Virus record (IMG/VR): IMGVR_UViG_3300043499_000058
Location: 31 to 64,030 of that record
Direction: 5' to 3' (one strand)
DNA length: 64,000 nt
Source: a virus
Lineage: Duplodnaviria > Caudoviricetes
The notes below the pieces were generated by a model. The model was given only the letters and a program-made list of their open reading frames with translations, was not told where the DNA came from and did no database searches. The position numbers and the translations under genes are program-made. This document shows positions 38,188 through 48,404 of the stretch, in pieces (the first letter of the stretch is position 1; each line of letters opens with the position of its first letter).

Positions 38188-40383
38188 TCACCTACCCCCT
38201 TGCGGCCCACGCCGCTGCGCTTTCTTTTGGCCTCGGAATCGCGGAGCGCCCTGCACGTTGTCAAGCTTGACCGGCAAGTAGGGTTCCTTGTTTGCGATGC
38301 GAAGCAGTTTGTCAAGATCCGCAGTCGGGACAAGGTGGACGGTGACGCCTGCCTCGCCCTGGATGTGAACACCGCCACCCCGACTCGGCCGTGCTGACAA
38401 TCCACGATCCAACCGCTTGAGCCGAGCTTCAGCCGTCGCCGCTGAGATGTACCGATGCGAAAACGCTGACAATACCTCTTGCTGATCGTCGGTCGGGCCT
38501 TCGTGGAATGACAATCCAGTAGCCCGAGTCGAACGACCGAGCTTTGCAAGGAACGGGAAGCCCTTTGGCACCCGGCGTGCATCGCCTGAAGCGATTGCTC
38601 GCCTTGTGAATTCGTCCTGAAGCTGCTGCGCCGCGATGGGGGTTCCCAAAAGCGCCGCCGTTGCCCCTGTCGCTTTCAGTCCAGTCGCCAGGTTCTTTCT
38701 GCTCCACAGCGGCACCACCGGAGGCTTAGTCGTGCCGCCGCCAGTACCCGTCCCTGTCGGTGCGCCAGGCATGAACCATGAGAGCGGATCGATGACAACC
38801 CAATACGGGTTCGAGCGCGAGCCTGAACGTGTTTGTCCTTCGCCTGTAGCTGAAAACGCCCCGAGTCCAGAACCGACGACTGACGCCGCCGCAAGCTGCG
38901 GTGCCCGCGTTGCGAGGCCAGGGAAACGGCCCATGATGTTTTTCAGGCCAGGGATGCGCGCTGCGCCCTTCCCGAGCATTCCGACGATCCCCGCGCCGAA
39001 GATCAGCCTAGAGGCCAACGCTGCCCCGCCTACGGCCCCCACAGCCCCCGTAACGGCCGACGGGTTCTGATCGGTAATCCAATCACCAATCCGGTTGATC
39101 TGCATGGCGATGGGCCGCAGCGCCGGGTCAGCACCGCGAGCAACTGTCAGGCCCACGTTGCGCTGAATCTGCCCAAGCTGCTGATACGCCCTTTGTCTGT
39201 TTCGCTGCTCGGCCATCTGCTTGCCAAGCTCCGCGTCTTTGGCTTTGTTGATCCCGTCAACGAATTTTTCAAGCGCCGGGATTCCACCCTGCGCCATGAG
39301 GTTGAGGAACTGCCTGAAAGATTCCTGACGGCCAAAGAGCTTCGAGGCCAATGTCAGGTTGATACCTGACGCACCCGAGCCAGCGATAGCCGCGTCGTCG
39401 TCCAAGCCCTCGACACCGAGCGCCATCGGGTTCGAGAAGCGAGCGCCATTCGGGGCTACCGCCTGCATCATCTTCTGAAGCACCTGAAAACCGCCAAGCG
39501 CGCGCAGTTGCGACGGGTCAGTTGGCAGACCGGCCTGCCGAAACGCTTTCATCTGATCGTCGGTCTGCGGCCGGATGATCTCGGACGCGAGCAACTGCGT
39601 CACGCCTCGACCGATGACAGCCGGTGAACCACCGGAGCGAGCCGCGAGTCCGTACACGGCCCAAATCTGCTCGGGGGTCATGCGCGATGCGGTCTGCGCG
39701 GCACCGAGTCGGCCAATGTCACGCGCGATGTCCTCACCGCGAACAGTAGGCGTCTCTTGCAGAACGCGAGCGATGATGTCACGCATACGTGCGCCCTGAG
39801 CGCCAATGTCACGCGGCGTACCGGGAGGGGTGGCACCGATGATCATTCCGGCGACACCACCGCCGAGCGCCTGCGGGTCTGCACCTTCCGCGAACATCGA
39901 GATTTCAGCCATCGTCTTTGCGTATTTGTCAAGCATGTTGAGTCCACGCTGACCACGTACGTCGTCACCGAACGATGAGTAGAAGCGGATCATGTGCTGC
40001 TGGATGTCATCGACGGCGATCCCGAATCGGTTGCTCAGGTCGATGGCGATGTCGCCAACCTGATTCAAGCCGCGCCCGAGACTTGTCAGTTTGCCGTTGG
40101 AATCGATCTCTCCCGCAAGCGCATCAATTTCACCCAGGCGGTCAAGGAACTGGCCGAGGCCACTGACAGCGGACGCTGTTGCGTACACCGTGGCCCCGGC
40201 CAGCGCGTATCTGATCGTCGTACCGACCGCGCGCATCTGCTGACCCCACAGCCCGAGGTTGCGCGTGTGCGAACGAACCTGCCGGTCGAAACCGACAAGC
40301 CCGCCGATGTTCCGCTCGATGTCAGCCCGAAGCTGCGCACCGTGCGAAGTCCAGATGAGATTAAGTCTGTAGTCAGACGACAC
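38188..40383 (-). CDS. tape measure protein
   Basis: 731 aa, Ala/Gly-rich helical, after the tail chaperones. Confidence 0.85.
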   Translation of the reverse strand: MSSDYRLNLIWTSHGAQLRADIERNIGGLVGFDRQVRSHTRNLGLWGQQMRAVGTTIRYALAGATVYATASAVSGLGQFLDRLGEIDALAGEIDSNGKLTSLGRGLNQVGDIAIDLSNRFGIAVDDIQQHMIRFYSSFGDDVRGQRGLNMLDKYAKTMAEISMFAEGADPQALGGGVAGMIIGATPPGTPRDIGAQGARMRDIIARVLQETPTVRGEDIARDIGRLGAAQTASRMTPEQIWAVYGLAARSGGSPAVIGRGVTQLLASEIIRPQTDDQMKAFRQAGLPTDPSQLRALGGFQVLQKMMQAVAPNGARFSNPMALGVEGLDDDAAIAGSGASGINLTLASKLFGRQESFRQFLNLMAQGGIPALEKFVDGINKAKDAELGKQMAEQRNRQRAYQQLGQIQRNVGLTVARGADPALRPIAMQINRIGDWITDQNPSAVTGAVGAVGGAALASRLIFGAGIVGMLGKGAARIPGLKNIMGRFPGLATRAPQLAAASVVGSGLGAFSATGEGQTRSGSRSNPYWVVIDPLSWFMPGAPTGTGTGGGTTKPPVVPLWSRKNLATGLKATGATAALLGTPIAAQQLQDEFTRRAIASGDARRVPKGFPFLAKLGRSTRATGLSFHEGPTDDQQEVLSAFSHRYISAATAEARLKRLDRGLSARPSRGGGVHIQGEAGVTVHLVPTADLDKLLRIANKEPYLPVKLDNVQGAPRFRGQKKAQRRGPQGGR

Positions 40384-40744
40384 TGAAAACCCTCGCTTCG
40401 ATAGCTTCGATTACCTCAAGCGCGCCTGCTCGTTTCAGGATCAGATGTGGAGTAATTCGTTTGAGGATTTTCAGGATGTCCTCACGTCGATTGACTGCAA
40501 GCACACGCATTTCCCGAGTGCCATATGCCTTCCGGCTTTGCTTGGCGATACGGCTCTGACAAACGATTCCGTTGACGTTCAGGAAGGTTTCCAACGCGTG
40601 AATTACGTCAGACGTTTTGTCAACCTGGCCCCAGGTGATCTGGAAATGGATTCGTTCCTTTTTGTCAACCCACCACAGGATCGAGCCATCACCGTCAGTG
40701 AAGCCCGCCACGTAAGCCCATGTCATCGGTTTTGCGCTACTCAC
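40373..40744 (-). mobile_element. free-standing LAGLIDADG homing endonuclease
   Basis: WAYVAGFTDGDGSI...PHLILKR. Confidence 0.92.
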
Positions 40745-41187
40745 TCAGGCTCCTTGTTGTCAGCCGCCGCGTAGCGTGCATCTTGCTCCGCGATGTTTGC
40801 TTCGGGATCGGCAAAGATGGCCTCGATCTCTCTGCGCCGGTCTGACTTCTCCTCCTCTGACAACGTTGCGAGATGGGAGACATCTTCGCCGGGGCGGTAG
40901 ACCTCATCCTTGAACCGATCTGCAAGCTCCTTCATCTCCTGGGGGTTGAACGGTTTGTGACAAACCTCGCAAGTGACAAGTCGTCCGTACGCTTCTGCTT
41001 CTAGCTCGTCTACACACCAAGGGTGGACGGCGGCTCGTCGCTCGTCCCAATCAATTTCAGTGTGGAGATAAGTGAGGGTGAGTTGTCCAGGGGTAGACCC
41101 GCCGGAAGGGTCATAAAGACTCCCTTTAGATGCCACCACGGTTTTCCAGAGAGAGCGTTCCAGTCGATTGTCACCAACGCTTTTTTT
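40741..41187 (-). CDS. tail assembly chaperone -1 frameshift extension (gpGT-like)
   Basis: -1 frame open from slippery A AAA AAA (41187-41181) to 40741. Confidence 0.75.
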   Translation of the reverse strand, partial: KKSVGDNRLERSLWKTVVASKGSLYDPSGGSTPGQLTLTYLHTEIDWDERRAAVHPWCVDELEAEAYGRLVTCEVCHKPFNPQEMKELADRFKDEVYRPGEDVSHLATLSEEEKSDRRREIEAIFADPEANIAEQDARYAAADNKEPE

Positions 41188-41606
41188 AGCTCGTCCAGCC
41201 TCTCGTCGTCCAACCCGTCGATGGCAGGCGAACTGAAATCGACCATGCGCTGATAGCACTCGCTCAGGTAGTTGATCTCGGTCGGCTCCAAGCCAACCTC
41301 GGGATCGAGCATCTGTTCGAGCGAATCGAACACGCGCCGTTCGTGATTGTCAGGATCGCGCAGGCAGTAGAGCAACGTGCAGACCTGCATGGTGCGATCC
41401 CGAAGATCGACGCCGTAAACGTTTTCAGGCGCAGGAATGTCTGCGGCCTGTTCGAGTGTCCACTGATACTCCTTCTCGATCAGCGGCACCATTGCGAAGC
41501 CGATGCTCGGTCTGTCAGGGAGAGTCACGTAGTCGGGCGCTTGCTGACCCATCCTGATCTTGGCGATCCGCCGACTCTCTTTCATCCTGTCAAGGATTTC
41601 ACTCAC
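41010..41606 (-). CDS. tail assembly chaperone (gpG-like)
   Basis: between tube and tape measure; slippery site. Confidence 0.8.
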   Translation of the reverse strand: MSEILDRMKESRRIAKIRMGQQAPDYVTLPDRPSIGFAMVPLIEKEYQWTLEQAADIPAPENVYGVDLRDRTMQVCTLLYCLRDPDNHERRVFDSLEQMLDPEVGLEPTEINYLSECYQRMVDFSSPAIDGLDDERLDELKKALVTIDWNALSGKPWWHLKGVFMTLPAGLPLDNSPSLISTLKLIGTSDEPPSTLGV

Positions 41607-41940
41607 GACTCATTCCGCCCTTCTTGATTGTCTGGATGTCAGCCGCCATCTCGGGTGTAGTCGTCGTGTCCCACCCGACCGGCAGCGCGTACAAGATCCG
41701 GTTGCAACAGTGTGTCTCAGCCCGGATGACAAACTCGCTGAGTTTGCCAGAGCCACCTGAACCAAGCTCCGTCACTTCGGGGTCGAGCTTCCCGCAGAAC
41801 GGACAAACAGGTGGCCCTGGCTCTGCCATGACAATCTGCTCCTCTTTCGCAAGAGTGAGCATCTGCTCAGTGGCCTCAGCGTTTCGTTCGACCGCCGCGA
41901 TGAGGCGATCCATTCGGTTGTCAGTCCCGCCCTTCTTCAT
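41599..41940 (-). CDS. Zn-ribbon protein
   Basis: CPFC...HCC. Confidence 0.6.
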   Translation of the reverse strand: MKKGGTDNRMDRLIAAVERNAEATEQMLTLAKEEQIVMAEPGPPVCPFCGKLDPEVTELGSGGSGKLSEFVIRAETHCCNRILYALPVGWDTTTTPEMAADIQTIKKGGMSRE

Positions 41941-41942
41941 CG

Positions 41943-42335
41943 CTAGTCCCTCACGTAGCCGGGAACGGAGATGTTGCAGTTGAGCGTCACCTGCTCCTGG
42001 CCGCTCTGGATGCGAATGAGCGTCCAGTTGCATCCCCGGTACACGTTGCGGTCGTCTCCGCGTCTTGTCATCGACTCGAAGTCCCGCAGCGTCTTGAGAC
42101 GACGCTCGTTGTTCATGCCCCTCGCCACGCCTCTTTTCAGGAGGATGGCCGAGAACGTAATCTCGTCCTCGTCTGCTCCGCGTACTGTGCGGAGGACAGG
42201 GCCATCGACGCCGAACGCTCCCTGAAAACGTACCTCCTGCCGGAACTCCTCCGTCATGTCTTGCGTTGCGGCGAAGTCCTCACCGGCAATGAAGATGCCG
42301 AGATCAGGTGCGTTGAGTGCTTCGAGCCAGGCCAC
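41943..42335 (-). CDS. tail tube protein
   Basis: 130 aa beta-rich protein downstream of the sheath. Confidence 0.75.
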   Translation of the reverse strand: MAWLEALNAPDLGIFIAGEDFAATQDMTEEFRQEVRFQGAFGVDGPVLRTVRGADEDEITFSAILLKRGVARGMNNERRLKTLRDFESMTRRGDDRNVYRGCNWTLIRIQSGQEQVTLNCNISVPGYVRD

Positions 42336-42336
42336 C

Positions 42337-42765
42337 CTAGCTCACCCCCTCGAACGAACGGGTAACGCGACCGTCCGTAATGGTTCCTTCCATGATTTCT
42401 GCCATCCTTTCTTCGATGTCCTCGACGGCCTTGATCGCCTCGTCGTTCTTGACAATCAGATACGGCAACATCGCATAGAGCATCTTGTAGACGTTTGCCA
42501 CACCATTGACAGCCAGAGCGAACGAGCCGCTATGACCCTTTTTCAAGCGATCAGGCCGATGATGGATTTCGACAGTCGCCTTGATTCCTTCGATTTCAAG
42601 GAAAGTGACAATGGCGTCAAGAACTTCTCGACGGTTCTGATAGATTTTCAGCCTACTTTGCCGCCGAATCGTTCCACGCGTCTGCCGACCAACACGGCAA
42701 TCCACACAGCCTTCGCCATCGAAGAATCCAGCGACGTAAGCCCATGAGATCGGCAACCATGCCAT
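42337..42765 (-). mobile_element. free-standing LAGLIDADG homing endonuclease
   Basis: WAYVAGFFDGEGCV...PYLIVKNDEA. Confidence 0.92.
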
Positions 42766-42783
42766 TGTCAGTTTCCTCCTCTC

Positions 42784-43902
42784 TTAGACCGGGATGACAA
42801 GCTGTGCGTCAACGAGGATCGTCTGGATGCCCCGGATGACCTCGCCCTTGTAGCTGACCGTGACAGACTTGTTGTCAGCCGACGGGATGATCGCCACACC
42901 GTAGCCAGCCGTTCCGTCAGGCTGCGTGAGTGGCTTGACCCAATTCGACCGCTCGGCAAGCAGCGCCTCGACACCGGCCTTGAGATCGTTCCGGTTTGTC
43001 AGGGTGTTGCCGCGACGAAGGAAGTTCTGCGTTTCCGCATAGTCCCTCACGTCGATGAAAAGCTGATCCACGATCAGCCTTGTCATCACAGCGTCGAACG
43101 TTGTGTCAGTCGTCCACGTGGTGCGAAGGTGCGCGATCTCCACGCCCCCATAGCGTCCACGCCGAAGCATGGAGACACCGCCCTGAAGCAGAGTCTCCAT
43201 GTCGTTGACGGCGACACCGGCCGTGACCTTGATCCTGAACATCGGCAAGCCGGTGGAATCGCGCTCGACATCCGTGAAGGCAGCGAGCCTCATGGTGTCC
43301 AGATCGTCTGACAAATCGCTGTTCTTGGCGACCTCTGCTGCTACAGCCGCAGCCGCGTACGCGCCCGTACGGAGTGTGCCGTTCTCGTCGTAGAAGCCAG
43401 GGGCAACGAGGACAGCCCGCTTGGAAGCGATGGCGGCAGCCGCCGTGATCAGGTTGGCCGACGAAGTTGCGTTCGCCATGCCGACAAAGGCCACCTGCTT
43501 GTTCTGGATCAGTTCTGCGTTTTCAGCCGAGTCCGCAAGTGCGACGAGATCGGCCTGGGTGATGGAGTCTGTCAGCCGGATACGCAAGTCCGGGTTGGCC
43601 TCTTGAATTGCCCACGCCGCCTGACGCTGCGGGAGAGTCGGCCCTGCGGCTGAGGCCGAGGCAACTGCCGTGACCTGGGGAACCCCGCGACCGAGAACGA
43701 ACCTGACAAGCAGGGCCAACGGTGACGCTGGCCCAAACAACGTGTCAGCCTCCGAAGGACGCGTGATGACAGCCGGGACGAGAATCGCCTGTGTGCCGCC
43801 CGCGTCCTTCTGCCCTTCGATCCCGATGGGGAGATAGAGCGCCTGTGAAAATCGCGGCCCGAGGCTAGTCGCGTCTTTGACTTCGGGGTACAACTGACTC
43901 AT
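42784..43902 (-). CDS. tail sheath protein
   Basis: LLQGGVS...RTT...TRLIVD; C-terminal I..I.V sheath pattern. Confidence 0.85.
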   Translation of the reverse strand: MSQLYPEVKDATSLGPRFSQALYLPIGIEGQKDAGGTQAILVPAVITRPSEADTLFGPASPLALLVRFVLGRGVPQVTAVASASAAGPTLPQRQAAWAIQEANPDLRIRLTDSITQADLVALADSAENAELIQNKQVAFVGMANATSSANLITAAAAIASKRAVLVAPGFYDENGTLRTGAYAAAAVAAEVAKNSDLSDDLDTMRLAAFTDVERDSTGLPMFRIKVTAGVAVNDMETLLQGGVSMLRRGRYGGVEIAHLRTTWTTDTTFDAVMTRLIVDQLFIDVRDYAETQNFLRRGNTLTNRNDLKAGVEALLAERSNWVKPLTQPDGTAGYGVAIIPSADNKSVTVSYKGEVIRGIQTILVDAQLVIPV

Positions 43903-43922
43903 GCTTTTTCACTCCTTCCGTG

Positions 43923-44546
43923 CTATATGGTTATTTCAAGAGTTTCATCGATTGTCAATCCCGGTTCCTGTTCCACACCGTCGATGAACTCGATGGGCGT
44001 TTTCTTTGTGCGAGAGTAGACCCGCACTCGAAGCTCCGCGTCAATGATCCTGAAAACAGGAAGATCGTTGATACGGTCTACCACGTGTTGACCACCTGAA
44101 AAAGAGAGAATTTCCACTCCGTCTGTCACCGCCATGCAGCGTTCGCGGGCCGACGGGCCGTTGAACAGGCGATCAAGGTCTTGGCGAGCTTCGAGTCTAG
44201 CAGAGGAACCGCCTGACTCCACACTTGCCCACACGCCTACGTTGATGTCTACTTCATGACAATGAGCCTCCCATTCCTCTACGGTACCTGCGATTTCATC
44301 GAACGCTTGATTCACTACGTTGTCACCAAACCCAAAGAACATCTGGCGCGGATCATCGATCTCGAAGTGGATGATCGTTGACTTGAATGGCATCTTTTTG
44401 GCGAGCGCGTCAGCGGGCGGGTACTCCATGATGACCTCGTACACCTGGGGCGTGTCGGTGACAAGATCGCCCATCTCACCAAGGATGTAGTCCCGCAGCG
44501 ACTCAGCGAGTGATGTGGCCCACTTGTCAGGATTGAAAGTTGTCAT
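43923..44546 (-). CDS. tail terminator / neck protein
   Basis: position before the sheath. Confidence 0.6.
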   Translation of the reverse strand: MTTFNPDKWATSLAESLRDYILGEMGDLVTDTPQVYEVIMEYPPADALAKKMPFKSTIIHFEIDDPRQMFFGFGDNVVNQAFDEIAGTVEEWEAHCHEVDINVGVWASVESGGSSARLEARQDLDRLFNGPSARERCMAVTDGVEILSFSGGQHVVDRINDLPVFRIIDAELRVRVYSRTKKTPIEFIDGVEQEPGLTIDETLEITI

Positions 44547-45154
44547 CGTGTCGTCCTCAGTAGACCTTGACGTGCGGCCCACCGATGCTGACTTGGAATC
44601 CGAGGCCGAGCCGATGTGGTTCGCACATGGCTTGTCATCGGCGCGGCTAGGAGTGTGCTGCCCTGCATACGTGCGGAGAAGCTGCGGAACCGACCCTTAT
44701 TGTCACGCAGACTCCCAAACGTTTCAGACATGATCCTCTCAGCGAAGCGCGTACGCTGGATGAACCGAAGGGTTGCGACCCCTGACATTCGCAAGATGGG
44801 TCGGCGCACTCCTCCACCACCCGCGACGATTCCGTGTTCGACCATCCAAGCCCCCCGCTCCTCATTGAAAACCTCCCACGCTCCGGGTGACACTCTCCGC
44901 ACGCGCCAGCCTCGTCCTGACGCTCCGGTGATCCGCCTGACAGGGATCGTGCCAGCGCGTCCACCGGGAGCTTGAGCGCCCCGATAGTACCGCATTGCGT
45001 AGCCCTGCGTCGTGTGAGCCATGAGCCTCGCCGCCAGACCCATCACGTCTGAAAACTCTTTGCTACCCGTACGCATCGAACGGATCAGCGTGTCGATTTC
45101 ATCGAACGTCTGCCGACTGATTCCGTAGCCCTGTGGGATGACATATCTAGCCAA
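44543..45154 (-). CDS. neck / tail completion protein (HK97 gp10-like)
   Basis: PVRRITG....W...AWMVEHG...RPIL. Confidence 0.65.
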   Translation of the reverse strand: MARYVIPQGYGISRQTFDEIDTLIRSMRTGSKEFSDVMGLAARLMAHTTQGYAMRYYRGAQAPGGRAGTIPVRRITGASGRGWRVRRVSPGAWEVFNEERGAWMVEHGIVAGGGGVRRPILRMSGVATLRFIQRTRFAERIMSETFGSLRDNKGRFRSFSARMQGSTLLAAPMTSHVRTTSARPRIPSQHRWAARQGLLRTTR

Positions 45155-45998
45155 CGTTGCGCTCTGTTTTCACCAAACGCAGGCCGACTTCCCAATGGTG
45201 CGGGCCACCACCACTCGGGTCAGGGATCTTATTGCCACTGACAACGATATACCTGCGTCCGTCGTAACGAACGTAGTCCTCACCGCCCATCGACCAGCTA
45301 AAGAAATCCAGATCGACACCGTTCCATGACAACGGGAAGATACCAAGGTGATCGTCCATTTCGACTTCACCGAATAGCTGTTGCGCATACTCGGCTGTCA
45401 GGCGGCGCACCGCGCCTGCCTGCACCGGCTGGATGAATGCTTTTACCGGCAGACTGACAAGCACCGTGGGGATGAGTCCCTGTTCGTTGCACATCGGCGG
45501 CGGCGCAACCGGCGCAGGCCCGACAACATTCGGCAAGTTGTTTTCATTCACCGGCGGCACAATGTCTGCCCACTGACCGATTTGCACCAGCGCGCCATCA
45601 TTGAGACTGCGATACAGGCGAATGCTTGTCACCGGGTCAGGCGGGAAGTCGGCCGCATGGAACTCCTCAAAGATAACCGACACGATCTCGTTGAGCGTGA
45701 TCAGCGGTGCTGAAAACGTAGTCAGCTTATCGAACACCGCATGGCCTGGGATCTCCCATCGGTACCCGACCACATACCTGACAGAGCCAGTGACATTGCC
45801 ACCACCGCTTGCGACGGCCGCGAAGGGCACATCCCCCGGCTCGTACGCGACCTCGACTGGCTGATGCCATTTCAGGTTGCGATATCCGAGCGATGTCAGG
45901 CAGGGACAAGGTGTCCCGGCACCTTCGCGGTGGTATTCCGCGTCAGAGCCGTTTACTGACAACAGGGCGTTGAACCTAGCGATGTTACTCATTTTCAC
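45147..45998 (-). CDS. head closure protein with insertion
   Basis: CPC motif; C-terminal D.V.YDGRRY.V...HHWEVGL. Confidence 0.6.
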   Translation of the reverse strand: MKMSNIARFNALLSVNGSDAEYHREGAGTPCPCLTSLGYRNLKWHQPVEVAYEPGDVPFAAVASGGGNVTGSVRYVVGYRWEIPGHAVFDKLTTFSAPLITLNEIVSVIFEEFHAADFPPDPVTSIRLYRSLNDGALVQIGQWADIVPPVNENNLPNVVGPAPVAPPPMCNEQGLIPTVLVSLPVKAFIQPVQAGAVRRLTAEYAQQLFGEVEMDDHLGIFPLSWNGVDLDFFSWSMGGEDYVRYDGRRYIVVSGNKIPDPSGGGPHHWEVGLRLVKTERNVG

Positions 45999-46696
45999 TC
46001 ATAGCTGATCGTGATAGCCGTCCGTGAGTGATCCCAGGAGATCGTTGAGATGCTGCCCATGCCGGTCGGGTCGATGTCAGGCAACACGAAGATGTAGGAA
46101 TTGGTGATCCCGAGAAGCCGGTTCGCTTCCTTTGTCAGATAGTCGATCAGGTCGTCCAGACTCGTCTTGGCGCTTGAATCGGACTTCTGACTGACAAGCC
46201 CCGCTGTGTAGCTCTCGCCAGCGGACGCACTCAAGAGGAAAGTCTGGATTGAGGTACGCGCCAGCGCCATAAGGGTCAACCCCTCCATGTGTCGCCAGCT
46301 AACGCTACCTGACAATGCATCGTACGGATCTTCCAGCCCGAGCAGGGTGGCAACAAGAAACTCTGTCTCCTGCACGACGATAGCCTCGTTCAGCGTTGCA
46401 TCTCGTTGAAGCACCCTTGTCATGATCTCATGGACGAGAGTGCGCGTACCACCCTGAAGCGCGGCGGACGGCTCGCCAATGATCCCGGCCGCTGTTTCCC
46501 AGGCGATTGAAAACCACTTGTCAACGGCCGTGGCCAACGAAGTCGTGTATCGAGTGATGTAGGACGGGTAGTCGCCAATCTCGGTGACAACTTCAATCTC
46601 GGCGTACGGGCCTTCCTCGGCTGCGCTTTCATAGATGTGCAGCTTGGCAATGTCAGGATCGCCCGGTGGTACAAAGTCAAGTCTAACTTTCGCCAT
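45995..46696 (-). CDS. head-tail adaptor with FN3-like N-terminus
   Basis: position and beta-rich N-terminal domain. Confidence 0.55.
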   Translation of the reverse strand: MAKVRLDFVPPGDPDIAKLHIYESAAEEGPYAEIEVVTEIGDYPSYITRYTTSLATAVDKWFSIAWETAAGIIGEPSAALQGGTRTLVHEIMTRVLQRDATLNEAIVVQETEFLVATLLGLEDPYDALSGSVSWRHMEGLTLMALARTSIQTFLLSASAGESYTAGLVSQKSDSSAKTSLDDLIDYLTKEANRLLGITNSYIFVLPDIDPTGMGSISTISWDHSRTAITISYE

Positions 46697-48404
46697 CGAA
46701 TCCCACCTTTGTCAATTTACCCTTCTCAGGGATGGTTGCGATGATCACGACTTCTTGGAGTCCGGCTGCGGTCAACTGCGCATGGATCACAGCTTCCGCG
46801 CCTATCAGTTCTGCTCCTTCAGTTCCGGCATTTGTCAGTACGGCCTCTTGGATCTGCGCAGCGGTGAGGAAGTGAAGCTCGGTGCCGTCCATCCAGAAGC
46901 CGGTTAGGTACTCGGCCAGGCCCGAGAGCAACGCGCGAGCGACAATGCTACCAGCCCGTGCATACTCCTTTTGCTTGACCGCTATGATCGAACCAACCGC
47001 AACCAAAGTACCTGTTCGGGTAGCGATGAAAACGTCAGCGCCATAGAACTTGCCCCCGGCCAGGATCACTCCAGTTTTTGTCACCGTGGCCGACTTGATT
47101 CCCGCACCGAACGCCTTTGCCGCCAGGAACCCACTCTCGCCATAGACCGTGGCCTTCGCGCCTGAAACGCGACCGTCTGCCATAATCGTACCGGGCTTGG
47201 GCGCTGCTTCCCTCTGCGATGAGCCTGACAATAGCGCCTTGGCAATCAGTGAGCCTACCTCACTCATGGTAGCCGCGTCAGCACCCGCCAAAAGCCCCCG
47301 AGCAGCAATGAAACCCGCTTCAGCATAAGCAATGGCATCCGCACCTGACAAAAAAGCACCGGAAGTAAGACTGCCCGTTTCGTTGCGAATTGTAGATTTC
47401 ATTCCCGATGAAAACGCTGACGCAAGCAAGCTGCCGGTTTCGGCACGCTGCGATGAGTCGCCACCTGACATAAAAACGCCAGCAACAATCGAGCCAGCTT
47501 TACCTGCTCCCTCCTTGATCGAAGCACCGAACGCTCGCGCCGACGCCAGGATCGAACCAAGCCGCGAAAGCGTTGCTGTGTCTGCCCCACTTATCAGACC
47601 TGACGCCTGAATGGTTCCAGCCTCAGCGAACGTCGAAGCATCGATGGCTGACAAAAACGCAAACGCAAGAATTGTGCCTGTCTTGCTTCGCTCCCATACG
47701 TCAGCACCAAATACCCGCACACCCGTTGTCAATGAGCCTGCTTCGGCGCGCTCACTGACATCCGCGCCAACCAAGATTGCGCTTGCGATCAGAGAACCCA
47801 ACTCGGGATGTTCAGCCACATCGATACCTGACAAAAGACCACCCGCAAGGATAGAACCAGCCCTGGGTGCGAATTCCTTCACCCTCGTACCTGACAAAAG
47901 CGTCTGCGCGATTAATGCGCCCGATTCCGCACGTTCGCCTACGTCAGCGCCACCCACAAGCCCTGTAGCGATAAGCGAACCAGTTTCCGGGTGTTCGGTC
48001 GCATCGACACCTGTGAGCGCAGCCAGCGCCAAGAGAGCGCCTGTTTCGGCCATCGTTGCCGCATCCGTCCCTGCAAGCAGGCCCGAAGCAATGAGTGATC
48101 CCGCTTCCGCCCTTTGGGACGAGTCGCCGCCACTCTCCAATGCCGTTGCCAACAAAGCGCCGGTTTCAGATGACTGAAAAGCGTCTGCGCCTGATACGCG
48201 AGTAATTGTCATCACTGACCCGGTGCGTTCACGTGTTGACGCGTCTGCGCCTGCGACCACTGTGCCCGCAATGATCGAGCCAGTCTTGGTGTAGGTATTG
48301 GCACCGCCACCATTGACAAAATCCCGCAGGAACCATCCATTGCCAGTAACGAGTTCACTGAACCATCCAGCGCCAGAAAGCTCAGGTGCGAAAATGCCAA
48401 TCAT
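46683..48404 (-). CDS. structural protein with about 20-aa tandem repeats
   Basis: more than 20 repeats of ETGSLxAxxxLSGxDx. Confidence 0.8.
   Translation of the reverse strand: MIGIFAPELSGAGWFSELVTGNGWFLRDFVNGGGANTYTKTGSIIAGTVVAGADASTRERTGSVMTITRVSGADAFQSSETGALLATALESGGDSSQRAEAGSLIASGLLAGTDAATMAETGALLALAALTGVDATEHPETGSLIATGLVGGADVGERAESGALIAQTLLSGTRVKEFAPRAGSILAGGLLSGIDVAEHPELGSLIASAILVGADVSERAEAGSLTTGVRVFGADVWERSKTGTILAFAFLSAIDASTFAEAGTIQASGLISGADTATLSRLGSILASARAFGASIKEGAGKAGSIVAGVFMSGGDSSQRAETGSLLASAFSSGMKSTIRNETGSLTSGAFLSGADAIAYAEAGFIAARGLLAGADAATMSEVGSLIAKALLSGSSQREAAPKPGTIMADGRVSGAKATVYGESGFLAAKAFGAGIKSATVTKTGVILAGGKFYGADVFIATRTGTLVAVGSIIAVKQKEYARAGSIVARALLSGLAEYLTGFWMDGTELHFLTAAQIQEAVLTNAGTEGAELIGAEAVIHAQLTAAGLQEVVIIATIPEKGKLTKVGFDGES

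Noticed and set aside
31983-42765. LAGLIDADG ORFs as group I intron or intein cargo
   Set aside because: The ORFs abut or overlap their neighbours, leaving no room for ribozyme cores. They have their own stops and lack intein C/S...HN termini
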